In this document: positions 8,860 through 18,857 of the stretch, piece after piece
How the letters are laid out: each line of letters opens with the position of its first letter
How positions within the stretch are numbered: the first letter of the stretch is position 1
From: Nitrososphaerota archaeon
GTDB taxonomy: Archaea; Thermoproteota; Nitrososphaeria; Nitrososphaerales; JACPRH01
Length of the DNA stretch: 64,000 nt
Direction of reading: 5' to 3'
NCBI GenBank assembly: GCA_023379805.1
Contig: JAMCPI010000012.1
Coordinates: forward strand, 95,777-159,776
Notes under the pieces: model-generated
Told to the model about the DNA's origin: nothing
Databases searched by the model: none
What the model saw: only the letters and a program-made list of their open reading frames with translations
Translations under genes and position numbers: made by a program

Positions 8860-9255
8860 ATGACCAGCCTGCAAGTTACGGTACTGTCAGGCCGAACGCT
8901 GAGGCAAGGCGTAGGGAAAGAGGCCGGGAAAACCTCTGACCGATACCGCACCGCCGTCTCAGTATGCGAGATGCATCCTGAAGATATTACTGCTCTCTTA
9001 ATCAAGCCGGGTGACTATGTGCGGCTGACTACCGCATACGGTACCGTTGTCTTGAAGAGCGCATCCTCAAACCAGTTCCCCAGAAGAGGCGTAGTGTACA
9101 TTGCCTACGGCCCCTATGCAAACCAACTCTTCGGCCCAGACACTGGCAGCTCCGGCATGCCTACATTCAAAGGCTTAATTGCCACCGTGGAACCAGCTGG
9201 TCCTGAACAGTTCAAGAAGATTGAAGAACTGTTTAACGCAGAGGAGAATATCTAG
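8860..9255 (+). CDS. fwdD: Formylmethanofuran dehydrogenase subunit D
   Basis: 131 aa. Molybdopterin-dinucleotide-binding barrel-like sequence (VTVLSGRTLRQG...MHPEDI...GDYVRL...YGP). Lies immediately upstream of fwdB, fwdA and fwdC. Confidence 0.85.
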   Translation: MTSLQVTVLSGRTLRQGVGKEAGKTSDRYRTAVSVCEMHPEDITALLIKPGDYVRLTTAYGTVVLKSASSNQFPRRGVVYIAYGPYANQLFGPDTGSSGMPTFKGLIATVEPAGPEQFKKIEELFNAEENI

Positions 9256-10560
9256 TTGCAGACCTATCAAGACGTGGTTTGCACAGTGTGCGGATGCCTC
9301 TGCGACGATCTCGAAGTCGATGTTGACGGAAACAAAGTGATGAAGGCGCGGAACGCCTGCGCCATGGGCACAAGCAAATTTCTAAGCTACACACACGACC
9401 GAATCGAGACACCTATGATCCGAAAGAATGGGTCACAGCAACCAGCCAATCTTGACGAAGCGATCACGAAGGTAGCTGAGATGCTTGTCAACGCAAAATA
9501 TCCCGCCATCTACGGGCTCGCTCTATCAAGCTGCGAAACAGTGAGAATCGCTCTAGAGCTCACAGAAGAGGTCGGTGGAGTAATGGATAACCAGTCAGTT
9601 GTCTGCCACGGGCCTGGTGTGCTGGGTCTGCACGAAATCGGTGTATCTAGCTGCAGCCTAGGCGAAATCAAGCATCGAGCAGATTTAATTCTCTGCTGGG
9701 GATGCAACCCGGATGAGGCTCATCCACGTCACTTTGAGCGTTACAGCTACACTGCGAAGGGGCGCTGGAGGAACGGAAAAGCAGATAGGAAGCTTGTCGT
9801 GGTTGACGTACGGCAGACCTCTACTGCGCGAAAAGCTGACAAGTTCGTTCAGGTTGATCAGGGAAAAGATTACGAACTCATAAATGCGCTTCGAACCGCC
9901 CTTAGATACGAACAGATCCAGCAGGAGAATGTAGCAGGTATCCCAGTTGAAGAGATCGAGGAGCTTGCTGAACTGTTAAGAAACGCAGAGTTCGGTGTCA
10001 TCCTCTTCGGTCTAGGCGTAACTCAGACCAGTGGAAAGGGACGAAACCTCGACGGTCTCTTCTCCCTAACAAGAGATCTGAACAAATACACAAAGTTCCA
10101 GATAATGCCTGCTAGAGGCCACTTCAATGTCAACGGAGTAAATGAAGTCTCAGCTTGGCAAACAGGCTTCCCATACGGCATTGACTTTAGCCACGGCTAC
10201 CCATGGTACAATCCCGGTGAAACAACCGTAACCGACATTGTCCGCAGAGGTGAAAATGATGCCATGCTTGTCGTTGCCTCAGATCCTATCGCGCATTTCC
10301 CCAAAGCATTAGCTAACCGCATACGCCAATTACCTCTAGCTGCAATAGATCCTGTGCACTCAGTTACAACAATGGTTGCTGACATTGTAATTCCATCAGC
10401 CTTCGCTGGAATTGAGTACGAGGGCACCGCGTACAGAATGGATGGCGTAGCTTTGCCGCTGAAGAAGGTGGTGGAGCCGCCTCAAGGAGTCCTTTCGGAC
10501 GAAGATATTCTGAAGAAAATACTTGATAAGGTTCGTGAAATTAAGGGGAGGTCTGCTTAA
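9256..10560 (+). CDS. fwdB: Formylmethanofuran dehydrogenase subunit B (Cys-type, no in-frame TGA)
   Basis: 434 aa with a TTG start directly after the fwdD stop. N-terminal Fe-S Cys cluster CTVCGCLCDD...C. Molybdopterin oxidoreductase-like body with SVVCHGP at the expected active-site region. Confidence 0.9.
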   Translation: MQTYQDVVCTVCGCLCDDLEVDVDGNKVMKARNACAMGTSKFLSYTHDRIETPMIRKNGSQQPANLDEAITKVAEMLVNAKYPAIYGLALSSCETVRIALELTEEVGGVMDNQSVVCHGPGVLGLHEIGVSSCSLGEIKHRADLILCWGCNPDEAHPRHFERYSYTAKGRWRNGKADRKLVVVDVRQTSTARKADKFVQVDQGKDYELINALRTALRYEQIQQENVAGIPVEEIEELAELLRNAEFGVILFGLGVTQTSGKGRNLDGLFSLTRDLNKYTKFQIMPARGHFNVNGVNEVSAWQTGFPYGIDFSHGYPWYNPGETTVTDIVRRGENDAMLVVASDPIAHFPKALANRIRQLPLAAIDPVHSVTTMVADIVIPSAFAGIEYEGTAYRMDGVALPLKKVVEPPQGVLSDEDILKKILDKVREIKGRSA

Positions 10561-10565
10561 GAGAA

Positions 10566-12275
10566 ATGTCGCAGGATATCATCATCAAAAATGGAACGGT
10601 CTTCGACCCAGTTAACAAGATAGACGGCGAAGTCATGGATATTGCTGTCAGCAACGGCAAAATCGTTGAGAGAGTGAATGAGTCCAGCGCCAAAGTTATC
10701 GACGCTTCAGGCAAGGTGGTCTTGGCTGGCGGAGTCGATATTCACTCGCACATAGCCGGGCCGAAGGTGAACATGGCTCGCATTCTCAGACCAGAAGATC
10801 ATTACAGGAATCTGAAGCCTAAAACTGCTGTAAAGCGATCCGGCGTCGGTACATCCTGCCCATCAACCTTCACAACCGGCTACGATTACTCAGAGATGGG
10901 TTACACAACGGTATTCGAGCCTGCGAACCCGCCTCTGAAGATGCTTCACGTCATAGAGGAGCTTAATGATATACCGATGCTGGACAAAGCCTGCTACCCC
11001 TTATTTGGAAACAACTGGCATGTAATGGAGTATCTGAAGAATAACCAGCAGGACGAGCTTGCAGCATATGTTGCATGGATGCTTAGATCAGTAAAGGGCT
11101 ACGCGGTGAAGCTGGTTAACCCCGGTGGCGTAGAGAACTGGAAGTGGGGTGGCGAATCATCTCCGCTAGACGAACCTGTAAAGCACTTCGACGTAACACC
11201 GCGACAAATCATCCAAGGCATGTGCAAGGCTGTGAAGCAGCTTAACCTGCCTCACCAAATGCATATTCACGCGAACATGCTTGGAACACCCGGAAACTAT
11301 GAGACCGCAGTGGAGACTCTTGACTCAGTTCGGCAGATAGCAGGTGCAAATGACGGAAAACCTGTTATCCATCTCACCCATGTTCAATTCAATATTTACG
11401 ATGGAACCAACTGGATGAACCTCTCCTCAGGAGCTGAGCATCTGGCAAAATACATCAACAACCATAGTCACGCCTCAATAGATATCGGGCAGGTAGTTTT
11501 CTCCGACACAACCACGATGACAGCTGACGGACCCTTTGAGTTCAAACTTCAAGGAATGACTGGGGAACGATGGGTTAACGGCGATATCGAGGCTGAAACA
11601 GGCTGCGGCATCGTCCCTATACATTACAAGAAGAGTAACTACGTTCATGCCATAATGTGGATCACAGGGCTCGAAGCCGCATTAATGGTTGACGACCCGT
11701 GGAAGGTCTGTATGACTACGGACCACCCGAACGGAGGCTACTTCACAACCTACCCCCGAGTAATGGCTTGGCTTATGAGCAAAAAGGCTCGGCAGAAACT
11801 CACCAACAAGGTGAACAAGCGTGCGAGAAGCAAAACTGCGCTTGAAAGCCTCGACCGTGAATACAGCTTCTCAGAGGTGCTTGTCTCAACCCGCGCGGGA
11901 ACTGCCCGCCTCCTCGGATTGAATAACAAAGGCCACCTAGGAGTAGGCGCAGACGCTGATATTGCGATACACGATCTTGACTTCAGAAAGATAGATCCCT
12001 CAACAACCCCAAGAAAGTTCCGCAAGGCAATGCAGAAAGCAATCTACACAATCAAGGATGGCGAAATCGTTGTGAAGGACGGCGAAGTAGTAAAGTCGGT
12101 GCCGGGACGAATATACTGGGCCGACGCAAAGGTTTCAGACGATCTTGCCATTGCAGTTGAATCAGATCTGAGCAAAACGTTCCAAGACTACTACTCAGTT
12201 CAAATGAGCAATTACATAATTGCGGAGAAGCACGTGCTCAACTCCACCCCTGTGAGGGTAACGGCGGAGGTATAG
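10566..12275 (+). CDS. fwdA: Formylmethanofuran dehydrogenase subunit A (amidohydrolase)
   Basis: 569 aa. IIKNGTVFDP...GGVDIHSHIAGPKVN amidohydrolase metal-binding signature, with the length and order typical of FwdA. Confidence 0.9.
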   Translation: MSQDIIIKNGTVFDPVNKIDGEVMDIAVSNGKIVERVNESSAKVIDASGKVVLAGGVDIHSHIAGPKVNMARILRPEDHYRNLKPKTAVKRSGVGTSCPSTFTTGYDYSEMGYTTVFEPANPPLKMLHVIEELNDIPMLDKACYPLFGNNWHVMEYLKNNQQDELAAYVAWMLRSVKGYAVKLVNPGGVENWKWGGESSPLDEPVKHFDVTPRQIIQGMCKAVKQLNLPHQMHIHANMLGTPGNYETAVETLDSVRQIAGANDGKPVIHLTHVQFNIYDGTNWMNLSSGAEHLAKYINNHSHASIDIGQVVFSDTTTMTADGPFEFKLQGMTGERWVNGDIEAETGCGIVPIHYKKSNYVHAIMWITGLEAALMVDDPWKVCMTTDHPNGGYFTTYPRVMAWLMSKKARQKLTNKVNKRARSKTALESLDREYSFSEVLVSTRAGTARLLGLNNKGHLGVGADADIAIHDLDFRKIDPSTTPRKFRKAMQKAIYTIKDGEIVVKDGEVVKSVPGRIYWADAKVSDDLAIAVESDLSKTFQDYYSVQMSNYIIAEKHVLNSTPVRVTAEV

Positions 12276-13115
12276 GTGAACAACAATATGGCAGAAATCA
12301 CCCTAACTTTAAGGGCAAACCCGCCGTCACAACCAGTCGATCTAAGAGAAGTTACCCCCGACAATTTTGCTGGGAAAACCATTGAGCAGGTTGCGTCGCT
12401 GCCTATCTGGATAGGCAACCGACCCTCAACACTAGGCGTGGTGTTCGACGTTAAAGGCGAAACATCAGCTGCACCGCAGGATCAAACTATAATCATCGAG
12501 GGAAGCTTGCCGAACTCGCGAAGAATAGGCGCAAAGATGACTGCAGGTAAAATCATCATTAACGGTAAAGCCGGCATTTACGTCGGAGGCGAGATGAAGA
12601 ACGGCCAGATCACTGTGAACGGAGATGCAGGGGAATGGGCGGGACTAGCCATGAAGGGCGGCTCAATAGAGATAACCGGTAATGCAGGTGATTTTCTAGG
12701 CGCGGCTTACCGTGGAGCCAGAAGCGGCATGAAAGGAGGCATCATAGTGGTGAAAGGCAACGCTGGAAGCGAGGCTGCAGCTTGGATGTCAGGAGGATTA
12801 ATCAAGATATTCGGTGACGCAGGCATATTGCCTGGAATCCATATGACCGGAGGCAGCATTCTCATAGGTGGAAACTGCCCAGGCCGCGTCGGCGCCTCGA
12901 TGACCGGTGGAAAAATTGCCGTTGTAGGCAAAACGGACGATCTGCTCGCAGGCTTCCAGATCGAGGAGATAAAGGATAAAGCGAAAATCGAGAATGACAA
13001 GATCCCGGGGCCATTCTACACTTTCTCCGGGGACAACGCGGAGGCCGGGGTTGGTAAACTCTTCATCCATAAAGAGAGGAACCCCCATCTAGCAGGCTAT
13101 GAAGCCTTCCTTTAA
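12276..13115 (+). CDS. fwdC: Formylmethanofuran dehydrogenase subunit C
   Basis: 279 aa with a GTG start. Repeated G-x-G beta-helix units (GKIIINGKAG, GQITVNGDAG, GSIEITGNAG, GIIVVKGNAG...). Confidence 0.9.
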   Translation: MNNNMAEITLTLRANPPSQPVDLREVTPDNFAGKTIEQVASLPIWIGNRPSTLGVVFDVKGETSAAPQDQTIIIEGSLPNSRRIGAKMTAGKIIINGKAGIYVGGEMKNGQITVNGDAGEWAGLAMKGGSIEITGNAGDFLGAAYRGARSGMKGGIIVVKGNAGSEAAAWMSGGLIKIFGDAGILPGIHMTGGSILIGGNCPGRVGASMTGGKIAVVGKTDDLLAGFQIEEIKDKAKIENDKIPGPFYTFSGDNAEAGVGKLFIHKERNPHLAGYEAFL

Positions 13116-13142
13116 TCCTGCCTGCCCAAATATATGCCACGC

Positions 13143-14780
13143 TTAGGATGATATGTGTCGGGTCTTATGGGACTGAGTGATAGGCAGTTCCATTGTTATG
13201 GTGGTGCCTCTTCCCTTCTTGCTGTCTATATGAATTGCTCCGCCGTGGCTTTCAACGATTCTCTTTGCGCCTGATAGCCCCAGTCCATTTCCTTCAGGCT
13301 TCGTTGTAAAGAACGGTGTGAATATCTTTTCAAGGTTCTCTTCAGGTATGCCTATGCCTGTGTCGCCGATCTTGATGCGGATCAATTTATCTGATGTTGC
13401 TGTGGCAACTGTCAGTTCTCCTCTATGAGGCATTGCCTGCACCGCGTTTTGAACTAGGTTGAACAGTGCTCTTTCCAGCTGCTCAGCATCGATTTCGGCT
13501 GTAGGGATATTGCCGAAGTTTGTCAATACTTTGATCCTGCTCGGCATTATCGTCTGAGCCAATATCCTCTTCAGCAATGTGTTGATATCCGTCTCTCTAA
13601 CGTGGAGTTTTGGTTCGAGTGTGAACTGAAGGAACTCCTTGATGATTCTGTCTGTAGTTGTGATGTTAAGGTTAATTATCTCAAGCATCTTCTCTCCCTT
13701 ATTGCTCAGCTTCTCATTCTTCAGGATGTATGCGGCGGCCTTCATTGATGATAGGGGGTTCCGCAGGTCGTGACCGATGCTTTTCGCCATCTGACTTACA
13801 GCCGAAAGCTTCTCCGCTTCAGTCTGTTTCCGCTCACTAATGTCGGTTATAATATACTCGATGGCTTTTTTTCCTTCGTAGATGATGTTCTTAGCCTTAA
13901 CTGCAACAGGGATCTCGCTGCCGTCTCTACATTTCATAGATATTTCGTAAAGCGGGATACTATTCTCCTTTAACCTTCGTGCAATATTCTCTTTCACTAG
14001 CTGTTGGAACCTTGCTGGTACAGTTTTTACAAGAGGATGAAATGACGGGTTCGTCATCTCCTCGAAGGTCCACCCTAGTTTCTCACACATTGCTCTGTTG
14101 ACGTACCTGTAACTCTCATCTTGGTATATGGCTACATAGATCGGCAGGTTCTCCACAATCGCCCGGTACTTCTCCTCGTTCTCTGCCAGCGCCTTCTCCA
14201 TTTTAGTTCTGGTTGAATGTTCGTCAGCCATCTCAAGGGCTGTTGAGATGTGTGAAGCTAAGCTGATAACAGATGGAGCGAAGTATTCTGCGAGATTAGG
14301 TGCTGACATCGAGAATGCCCCAATTATTTTGCCATGTCTTCTTAACGGGGTTATCACACCTGTAACATTCTCGAAGCCAAAAGTTTTCACTATCAGGTAA
14401 GAGACGGGTTTAGGCATCAGCGCCTTTATCAGATCTTTAAACCTGTAGTGAACAGTCTTACCTTCACTCAATACCTGTTGAAAGACCTTGGATTTGTTAG
14501 GATCAAGCGTGAATCTGTCAAAGTTCATGCCTGTGGCCTTTTCTAGGAACCTAATTTTTTCCGGTCTCGCTATTCTAATCTCGGTTAGCTTTAGTTTAGT
14601 TCCGTCTTCATTTAACAAAAAGAATCCTTCATCGTATTTGCCTGCCTTATCAAACTCCTCCTTCACTCTCTGGTAGATCTGCGATTCGTCAAACAGGCCG
14701 TATATAGCTTCAGAGACCTGCTCGGTAAAATGCATGATATCAACCAGCTCCTGTATAGACGCTTCTAGCGTCTTCGTCAC
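13143..14780 (-). CDS. Cytoplasmic sensor histidine kinase (GAF-like + PAS + HisKA + HATPase_c)
   Basis: 545 aa. H-box SIGHDLRNPLSS, N-box NLVQNAVQA, G-boxes DTGIGIPEE and GNGLGLSGAKRIV. No TM segments and no adjacent receiver gene. Confidence 0.9.
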   Translation of the reverse strand: MTKTLEASIQELVDIMHFTEQVSEAIYGLFDESQIYQRVKEEFDKAGKYDEGFFLLNEDGTKLKLTEIRIARPEKIRFLEKATGMNFDRFTLDPNKSKVFQQVLSEGKTVHYRFKDLIKALMPKPVSYLIVKTFGFENVTGVITPLRRHGKIIGAFSMSAPNLAEYFAPSVISLASHISTALEMADEHSTRTKMEKALAENEEKYRAIVENLPIYVAIYQDESYRYVNRAMCEKLGWTFEEMTNPSFHPLVKTVPARFQQLVKENIARRLKENSIPLYEISMKCRDGSEIPVAVKAKNIIYEGKKAIEYIITDISERKQTEAEKLSAVSQMAKSIGHDLRNPLSSMKAAAYILKNEKLSNKGEKMLEIINLNITTTDRIIKEFLQFTLEPKLHVRETDINTLLKRILAQTIMPSRIKVLTNFGNIPTAEIDAEQLERALFNLVQNAVQAMPHRGELTVATATSDKLIRIKIGDTGIGIPEENLEKIFTPFFTTKPEGNGLGLSGAKRIVESHGGAIHIDSKKGRGTTITMELPITQSHKTRHISS

Positions 14781-14933
14781 TTCTGAAGCCTCCTGCGAAC
14801 CGGTTGATGATACAATCTGGGTGCGCCTTTCTTTTTCTCGATGATAATATTGATATCTCGCTTAAAAGCGCTATTCAAAATTAGGTCTTTTTTGGACAAC
14901 GGTTAAAACAGAGCACTTCTATGACTGGGAGTT

Positions 14934-15914
14934 ATGAGTATTAGCGTTAGCGTCAACCGGCACGGCTTGAATGTAGTTAAAGAGGTGATTAACCGCGCTG
15001 ATGAGCTTGCGGTGAGAGTAGAGGAAAACCGCGACGGCACAACACTAATCGACATGGGCGTAGCTGCTAAAGGCGGCTTCCTAGCAGGCAAATATCTAAC
15101 CGATATCTGTCTAGGCGGTCTCGGGCACACGGAGCTAAGTACCGTCGATATCGGCGGCCTGGTGCTCCCATCCATTGTGGTTACGGCTGATCACCCCTCC
15201 ATCTCACTCTTAGGTTCCCAGTTCGCAGGCTGGCAGATTAAGGTCGGAGAAGGCGAGAACCAGTACTTTGCGATGGGCTCCGGTCCGGCTCGAGCTTTGC
15301 CGTTGAAGCCTAAGGAAATCTATCAAGATATCGGGTACAAGGATGGTTTTGATGCCGCGGTCATCGCGTTGGAGACCGATGTGAAGCCCCCGGAGGCTGC
15401 TACGCAGTTCATTGCTCAGAAGTGTGGTGTAGACCCTAAGAACTTGTATGTGGCGTTTGCACCTACTTCAAGTGTAGCCGGCTCTACTCAGATATCTGGT
15501 AGAATCGTTGAAACTGGGCTTCACAAGCTCTACAAGTCCGGTTTCGACCCTAAGAAGGTGCGGAACGGCCTAGGTGAGGCGCCTATTGCGCCTTTACATC
15601 CCAAATCGATTAAGGCGATGGGCCGCACAAACGATATGATTCTTTACGCTGGAAGAGTTTACTTTGAAGTTGAGGCTGAGAATGATGAGGAGTTGAAGAA
15701 AATAGTGCAGGCTACACCTTCATCTGCCTCCAGAGACTACGGCAAACCCTTCTACGATCTCTTCAAAGCAGCTAACTTCGACTTCTACAAGATTGATGAG
15801 CATCTATTCGCTCCCGCGGTCGTCACAGTTAACAACCTCAAAACCGGGCGCATCACCACCGCAGGAAAGGTTAATGAGAAGATACTTCTCCAGTCGATAG
15901 GCTACGCTGATTGA
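14934..15914 (+). CDS. mch: Methenyl-H4MPT cyclohydrolase
   Basis: 326 aa. LIDMGVAAKGGFLAGKYLTDICLGGLG...GSQFAGWQI...YFAMGSGPARAL matches the Mch signature regions. Confidence 0.9.
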   Translation: MSISVSVNRHGLNVVKEVINRADELAVRVEENRDGTTLIDMGVAAKGGFLAGKYLTDICLGGLGHTELSTVDIGGLVLPSIVVTADHPSISLLGSQFAGWQIKVGEGENQYFAMGSGPARALPLKPKEIYQDIGYKDGFDAAVIALETDVKPPEAATQFIAQKCGVDPKNLYVAFAPTSSVAGSTQISGRIVETGLHKLYKSGFDPKKVRNGLGEAPIAPLHPKSIKAMGRTNDMILYAGRVYFEVEAENDEELKKIVQATPSSASRDYGKPFYDLFKAANFDFYKIDEHLFAPAVVTVNNLKTGRITTAGKVNEKILLQSIGYAD

Positions 15915-16816
15915 ATAATAATAGCAGCAAACCTCTGAGAATAGGTCTACTCACAAGAAACCGGGATGCTTGGCCCTCCACCCAGCTAAGAAGAGCCATA
16001 GTTGAGCACAGCGCAGACCCGGTCTGCTTCACCTTCGCAGATATTACAGCGAAGCTTGGAGAAGGCCCCGAAATAGTCATACAGGACAGCATCGATGCCA
16101 TACAGGAGCTTCAAGCGGTGCTAGTTCGACCTATAGGCCGCGGCTCTCTTGACGAGATAATCTTCAGGCTGGATGTTCTCCATCGGCTAGAGCGCGGCGG
16201 AGTCTTCGTAGTAAACCCGCCGTCAAGTATCGAGAAGGCTGTTGACAAGTATCGTGCGCTCTCGCTGCTGGCTGAGCACGGGGTTAAGGTTCCGAAGACG
16301 GTTGTTACAGAGAACCCTGATTCGGCTCTTGAAGGCTTCCGAGCGATGGAGCGTGACGTGGTGATTAAGCCGCTGTTCGGTTCTCAGGGCTTCGGGATAA
16401 CCCGGCTCTCAGATACGGAGGTTACCCGTAGAATCTACAGTGAGCTCAACTACTTCCGTCACGTTCTCTACACGCAGCAGTTCGTTCACCATGGGCGACG
16501 TGATATCCGCTGCTTAGTTATCGGCGGCAGGGTTGCTGCAGCAATGAGTCGGCAGGCGAGGGGCTGGAAGACTAATGTAAGTCAAGGCGCCAAGCCTGTG
16601 CCGCTTAACCCTCCGGCTGAGGTTGAGGAGATTGCGGTGAAATCAGCTGAGGTTTTGGACTGCAGGGTCGCAGGTGTTGATCTTCTAGAGAGCCCCGATG
16701 GGTACTTTGTGAATGAGGTGAATAGTCAACCGGGCTTCCGGGGTCTCCAGTCGGTGACTAAGGTCGATGTCGCCGGAGCGATGGTGAAGTATGTTTTGGA
16801 AGAGCTGAAGCGATGA
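15911..16816 (+). CDS. RimK-family ATP-grasp glutamate ligase (H4MPT:alpha-L-glutamate ligase MptN-like)
   Basis: 301 aa with a TTG start and a 4-nt overlap with mch. RimK-type ATP-grasp blocks (VVIKPLFGSQGFGI, RCLVIGGRV, VAGVDLLES, VNEVNSQPGFRG). Confidence 0.7.
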   Translation: MNNNSSKPLRIGLLTRNRDAWPSTQLRRAIVEHSADPVCFTFADITAKLGEGPEIVIQDSIDAIQELQAVLVRPIGRGSLDEIIFRLDVLHRLERGGVFVVNPPSSIEKAVDKYRALSLLAEHGVKVPKTVVTENPDSALEGFRAMERDVVIKPLFGSQGFGITRLSDTEVTRRIYSELNYFRHVLYTQQFVHHGRRDIRCLVIGGRVAAAMSRQARGWKTNVSQGAKPVPLNPPAEVEEIAVKSAEVLDCRVAGVDLLESPDGYFVNEVNSQPGFRGLQSVTKVDVAGAMVKYVLEELKR

Positions 16817-16856
16817 GTTTGATGGCCGCGGTATTCGTTGTGCTCACCTCAGTACT

Positions 16857-17594
16857 TTACAGACGAACCGTATCAATTTCACGTCGGCTCAGCAGACCAC
16901 GGTGCAACGCCGTAGTAACAAGCACACCTGACGCCCCAGCGTCTCTAAGCGACCGCATGTCGTCAATAGAGGAAACTCCGCCACCCACGAGCAATGGCAG
17001 ATCAACAGCCCCAACAATCGCTTCAACAAGATGCGCGTCTACACCGGTTTCCGAACCAACGCGCGAAAGATCAAGCAGAATCAACTCACCAACTCCACAT
17101 CCCTCAAGTATCCTAGCCGCCTTCACCGGCTTCGCCTCTACAAGTTCACGACATCTAGACAGTACTTTCCCATCCTTAACATCAACAGAACCGGTTGCAC
17201 TCGTACCCCCAACAGCATCGACTACTCTTCCTAGGCTGTCTAGACTGTTCAACGTCTCACTACCGATAACTACCTTTACAGCACCAATCTCCAGAAGCCG
17301 TTCAGCCTCCTCGGGGCTATTTACTCCCGAGTCAACCATGACGCTTAGATCTTTGGTAGCGAAGATCTTGGAGAGAAGAGGCAGGTTCGCTTCTCCCTTG
17401 GTAATTCCGTCCAAATCAGCCGTGTACAGCTCGTCGAAGCCGAACTGTTCCTTAAGTCCTAGTGCAACCTCGACCGGGTCAGAGGCAACGGATAGAGTGC
17501 TTTTCAGGGGGCGGTAGTCTTCACGGTGACCTCCAACCGCATGGACTGCTGTTCCCTGCATGATGTCAATGACGGGGATTACTCTGAAATTCAT
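16857..17594 (-). CDS. HisA/HisF-related TIM-barrel protein (H4MPT/MFR-associated family)
   Basis: 245 aa. VIPVIDIMQGTAVH...LYTADLDGI...VMVDSGV...VVIGSETL...LLDLSRVG...GGGVSS is the HisA/F beta-alpha barrel phosphate-binding pattern. Sits in the C1-cluster context. Confidence 0.7.
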   Translation of the reverse strand: MNFRVIPVIDIMQGTAVHAVGGHREDYRPLKSTLSVASDPVEVALGLKEQFGFDELYTADLDGITKGEANLPLLSKIFATKDLSVMVDSGVNSPEEAERLLEIGAVKVVIGSETLNSLDSLGRVVDAVGGTSATGSVDVKDGKVLSRCRELVEAKPVKAARILEGCGVGELILLDLSRVGSETGVDAHLVEAIVGAVDLPLLVGGGVSSIDDMRSLRDAGASGVLVTTALHRGLLSRREIDTVRL

Positions 17595-17630
17595 TTTCCG
17601 GCCTTTCCTGAACTCTAAGAGGTATTCAGC

Positions 17631-18857
17631 TTGGTGACTGTAAATATATTTGAGTATGCTTCCGGCGGCGGCTTTCGAGGACAGAGGATTCCCCTCAACA
17701 TATTCTGCGAAGGCTACTCAATGTTGAAGAGCGTCGCAGAAGATTTTCATGCAGCAGGATACACTGTTCGCTGTCTTCTGGACTCCCGGGTGGACTCTTT
17801 GCGAAGTGATTTATCGGTGGTTGACGATGTTGTAGAGGTTTCGCCTAATTCCTCTTCTATTCAGGATATTTTCGTCAAGATGCTTCAGCGCTCCGAGTTA
17901 TCGCTGGTGATTGCGCCTGAAACGGGCGGTGTACTCTCATCTCTAATCCGGCTTGTCGAGGAATCTTCTTCAGCTTCACTGAACTCTGCTTCTAAAACAG
18001 CGGATGAGGTTTCAGACAAGGCTTCACTCTCCGAGCTTCTTGGGCGAAACGGCGTAGCTGTGCCTGAAACAAAGTGTTTCTCCACTGAGGACAGTTTGGA
18101 TGAGGTGTTGTCTGCGTATCTGAGGTTCTCGGAGCCAACCGTGGTGGTTAAACCGGTTGATGGAGTCAGCTGCGAGTCCACCTTTCTAGTCTCTAACCGT
18201 GCTGAGATGATTGATGCTTACAAGAATCTTTCCGAGAATAGGGCAGTGAGCCACTTTATCATCCAGCGTTTTGTGGAAGGGCTTCCTGCGAGTGTCAGCC
18301 TTATCTCAAATGGGCGGAATGCTCAGCCTATTGCTCTGAACCTGCAGCGTGTTACGCTGAACCCACCTGGTGCAAAGGTCTCTTCCTATAGGGGTGGCTT
18401 GACTCCGCTGCATCATCCTGACGCGGAGAAGGCCCTACAGGTTGCTCGACGCGCGGTTCAGGTGTTCGGTGGGCTTCGAGGATATGTCGGCGTGGATTTG
18501 GTTTTGTCTCCTAACGGCCCGGTTGTGCTTGAAGTTAATCCTCGTCTAACCGTTTCTTACGTTGGGCTTAGACAAGTGTTAAAGCAGGGTTTAGCTGAAC
18601 CGATGGTGATGGCGGCCCTAAACGGGGTGCTTCCAGCATCTTTCGACACGACAGGCTTCTCAGTCTTCTCTAAACTTCCCCACGGTAGTGCGAAAAATAG
18701 GGTAGCTGTCGGTAGCCGAGTTATGTGCCCGCCAGTTGAAGTTGACGGAGCAAGTTTGGCTGAGACTCTTCTGGTCTCTTGGAGAGAGCGTGAAGATGAG
18801 GCTTTGAGGCTTCTTTCGGCTCAGGAGAGAATGGCTGTGGAGGCTAGTCGAAAGTGA
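17631..18857 (+). CDS. ATP-grasp ligase, candidate tyramine-glutamate ligase (MfnD-like)
   Basis: 408 aa with a TTG start. ATP-grasp_3-like blocks (VVVKPVDGVSCESTFLV, GYVGVDLVLSPNGPVVLEVNPRLT). Followed directly by MfnF-like and MfnE-like genes. Confidence 0.55.
   Translation: MVTVNIFEYASGGGFRGQRIPLNIFCEGYSMLKSVAEDFHAAGYTVRCLLDSRVDSLRSDLSVVDDVVEVSPNSSSIQDIFVKMLQRSELSLVIAPETGGVLSSLIRLVEESSSASLNSASKTADEVSDKASLSELLGRNGVAVPETKCFSTEDSLDEVLSAYLRFSEPTVVVKPVDGVSCESTFLVSNRAEMIDAYKNLSENRAVSHFIIQRFVEGLPASVSLISNGRNAQPIALNLQRVTLNPPGAKVSSYRGGLTPLHHPDAEKALQVARRAVQVFGGLRGYVGVDLVLSPNGPVVLEVNPRLTVSYVGLRQVLKQGLAEPMVMAALNGVLPASFDTTGFSVFSKLPHGSAKNRVAVGSRVMCPPVEVDGASLAETLLVSWREREDEALRLLSAQERMAVEASRK

Noticed and set aside
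9256-10560. Possible selenocysteine (in-frame TGA) in FwdB, as in some methanogens.
   Set aside because: The ORF is uninterrupted, and a Cys (SVVCHGP) occupies the expected active-site region.
16813-17517. A 234-aa plus-strand ORF fully antisense to the HisA/F-like gene.
   Set aside because: The composition is S/T/P/R-rich and low-complexity with no motifs. The opposite strand encodes a well-formed TIM-barrel protein. This is a typical shadow ORF.
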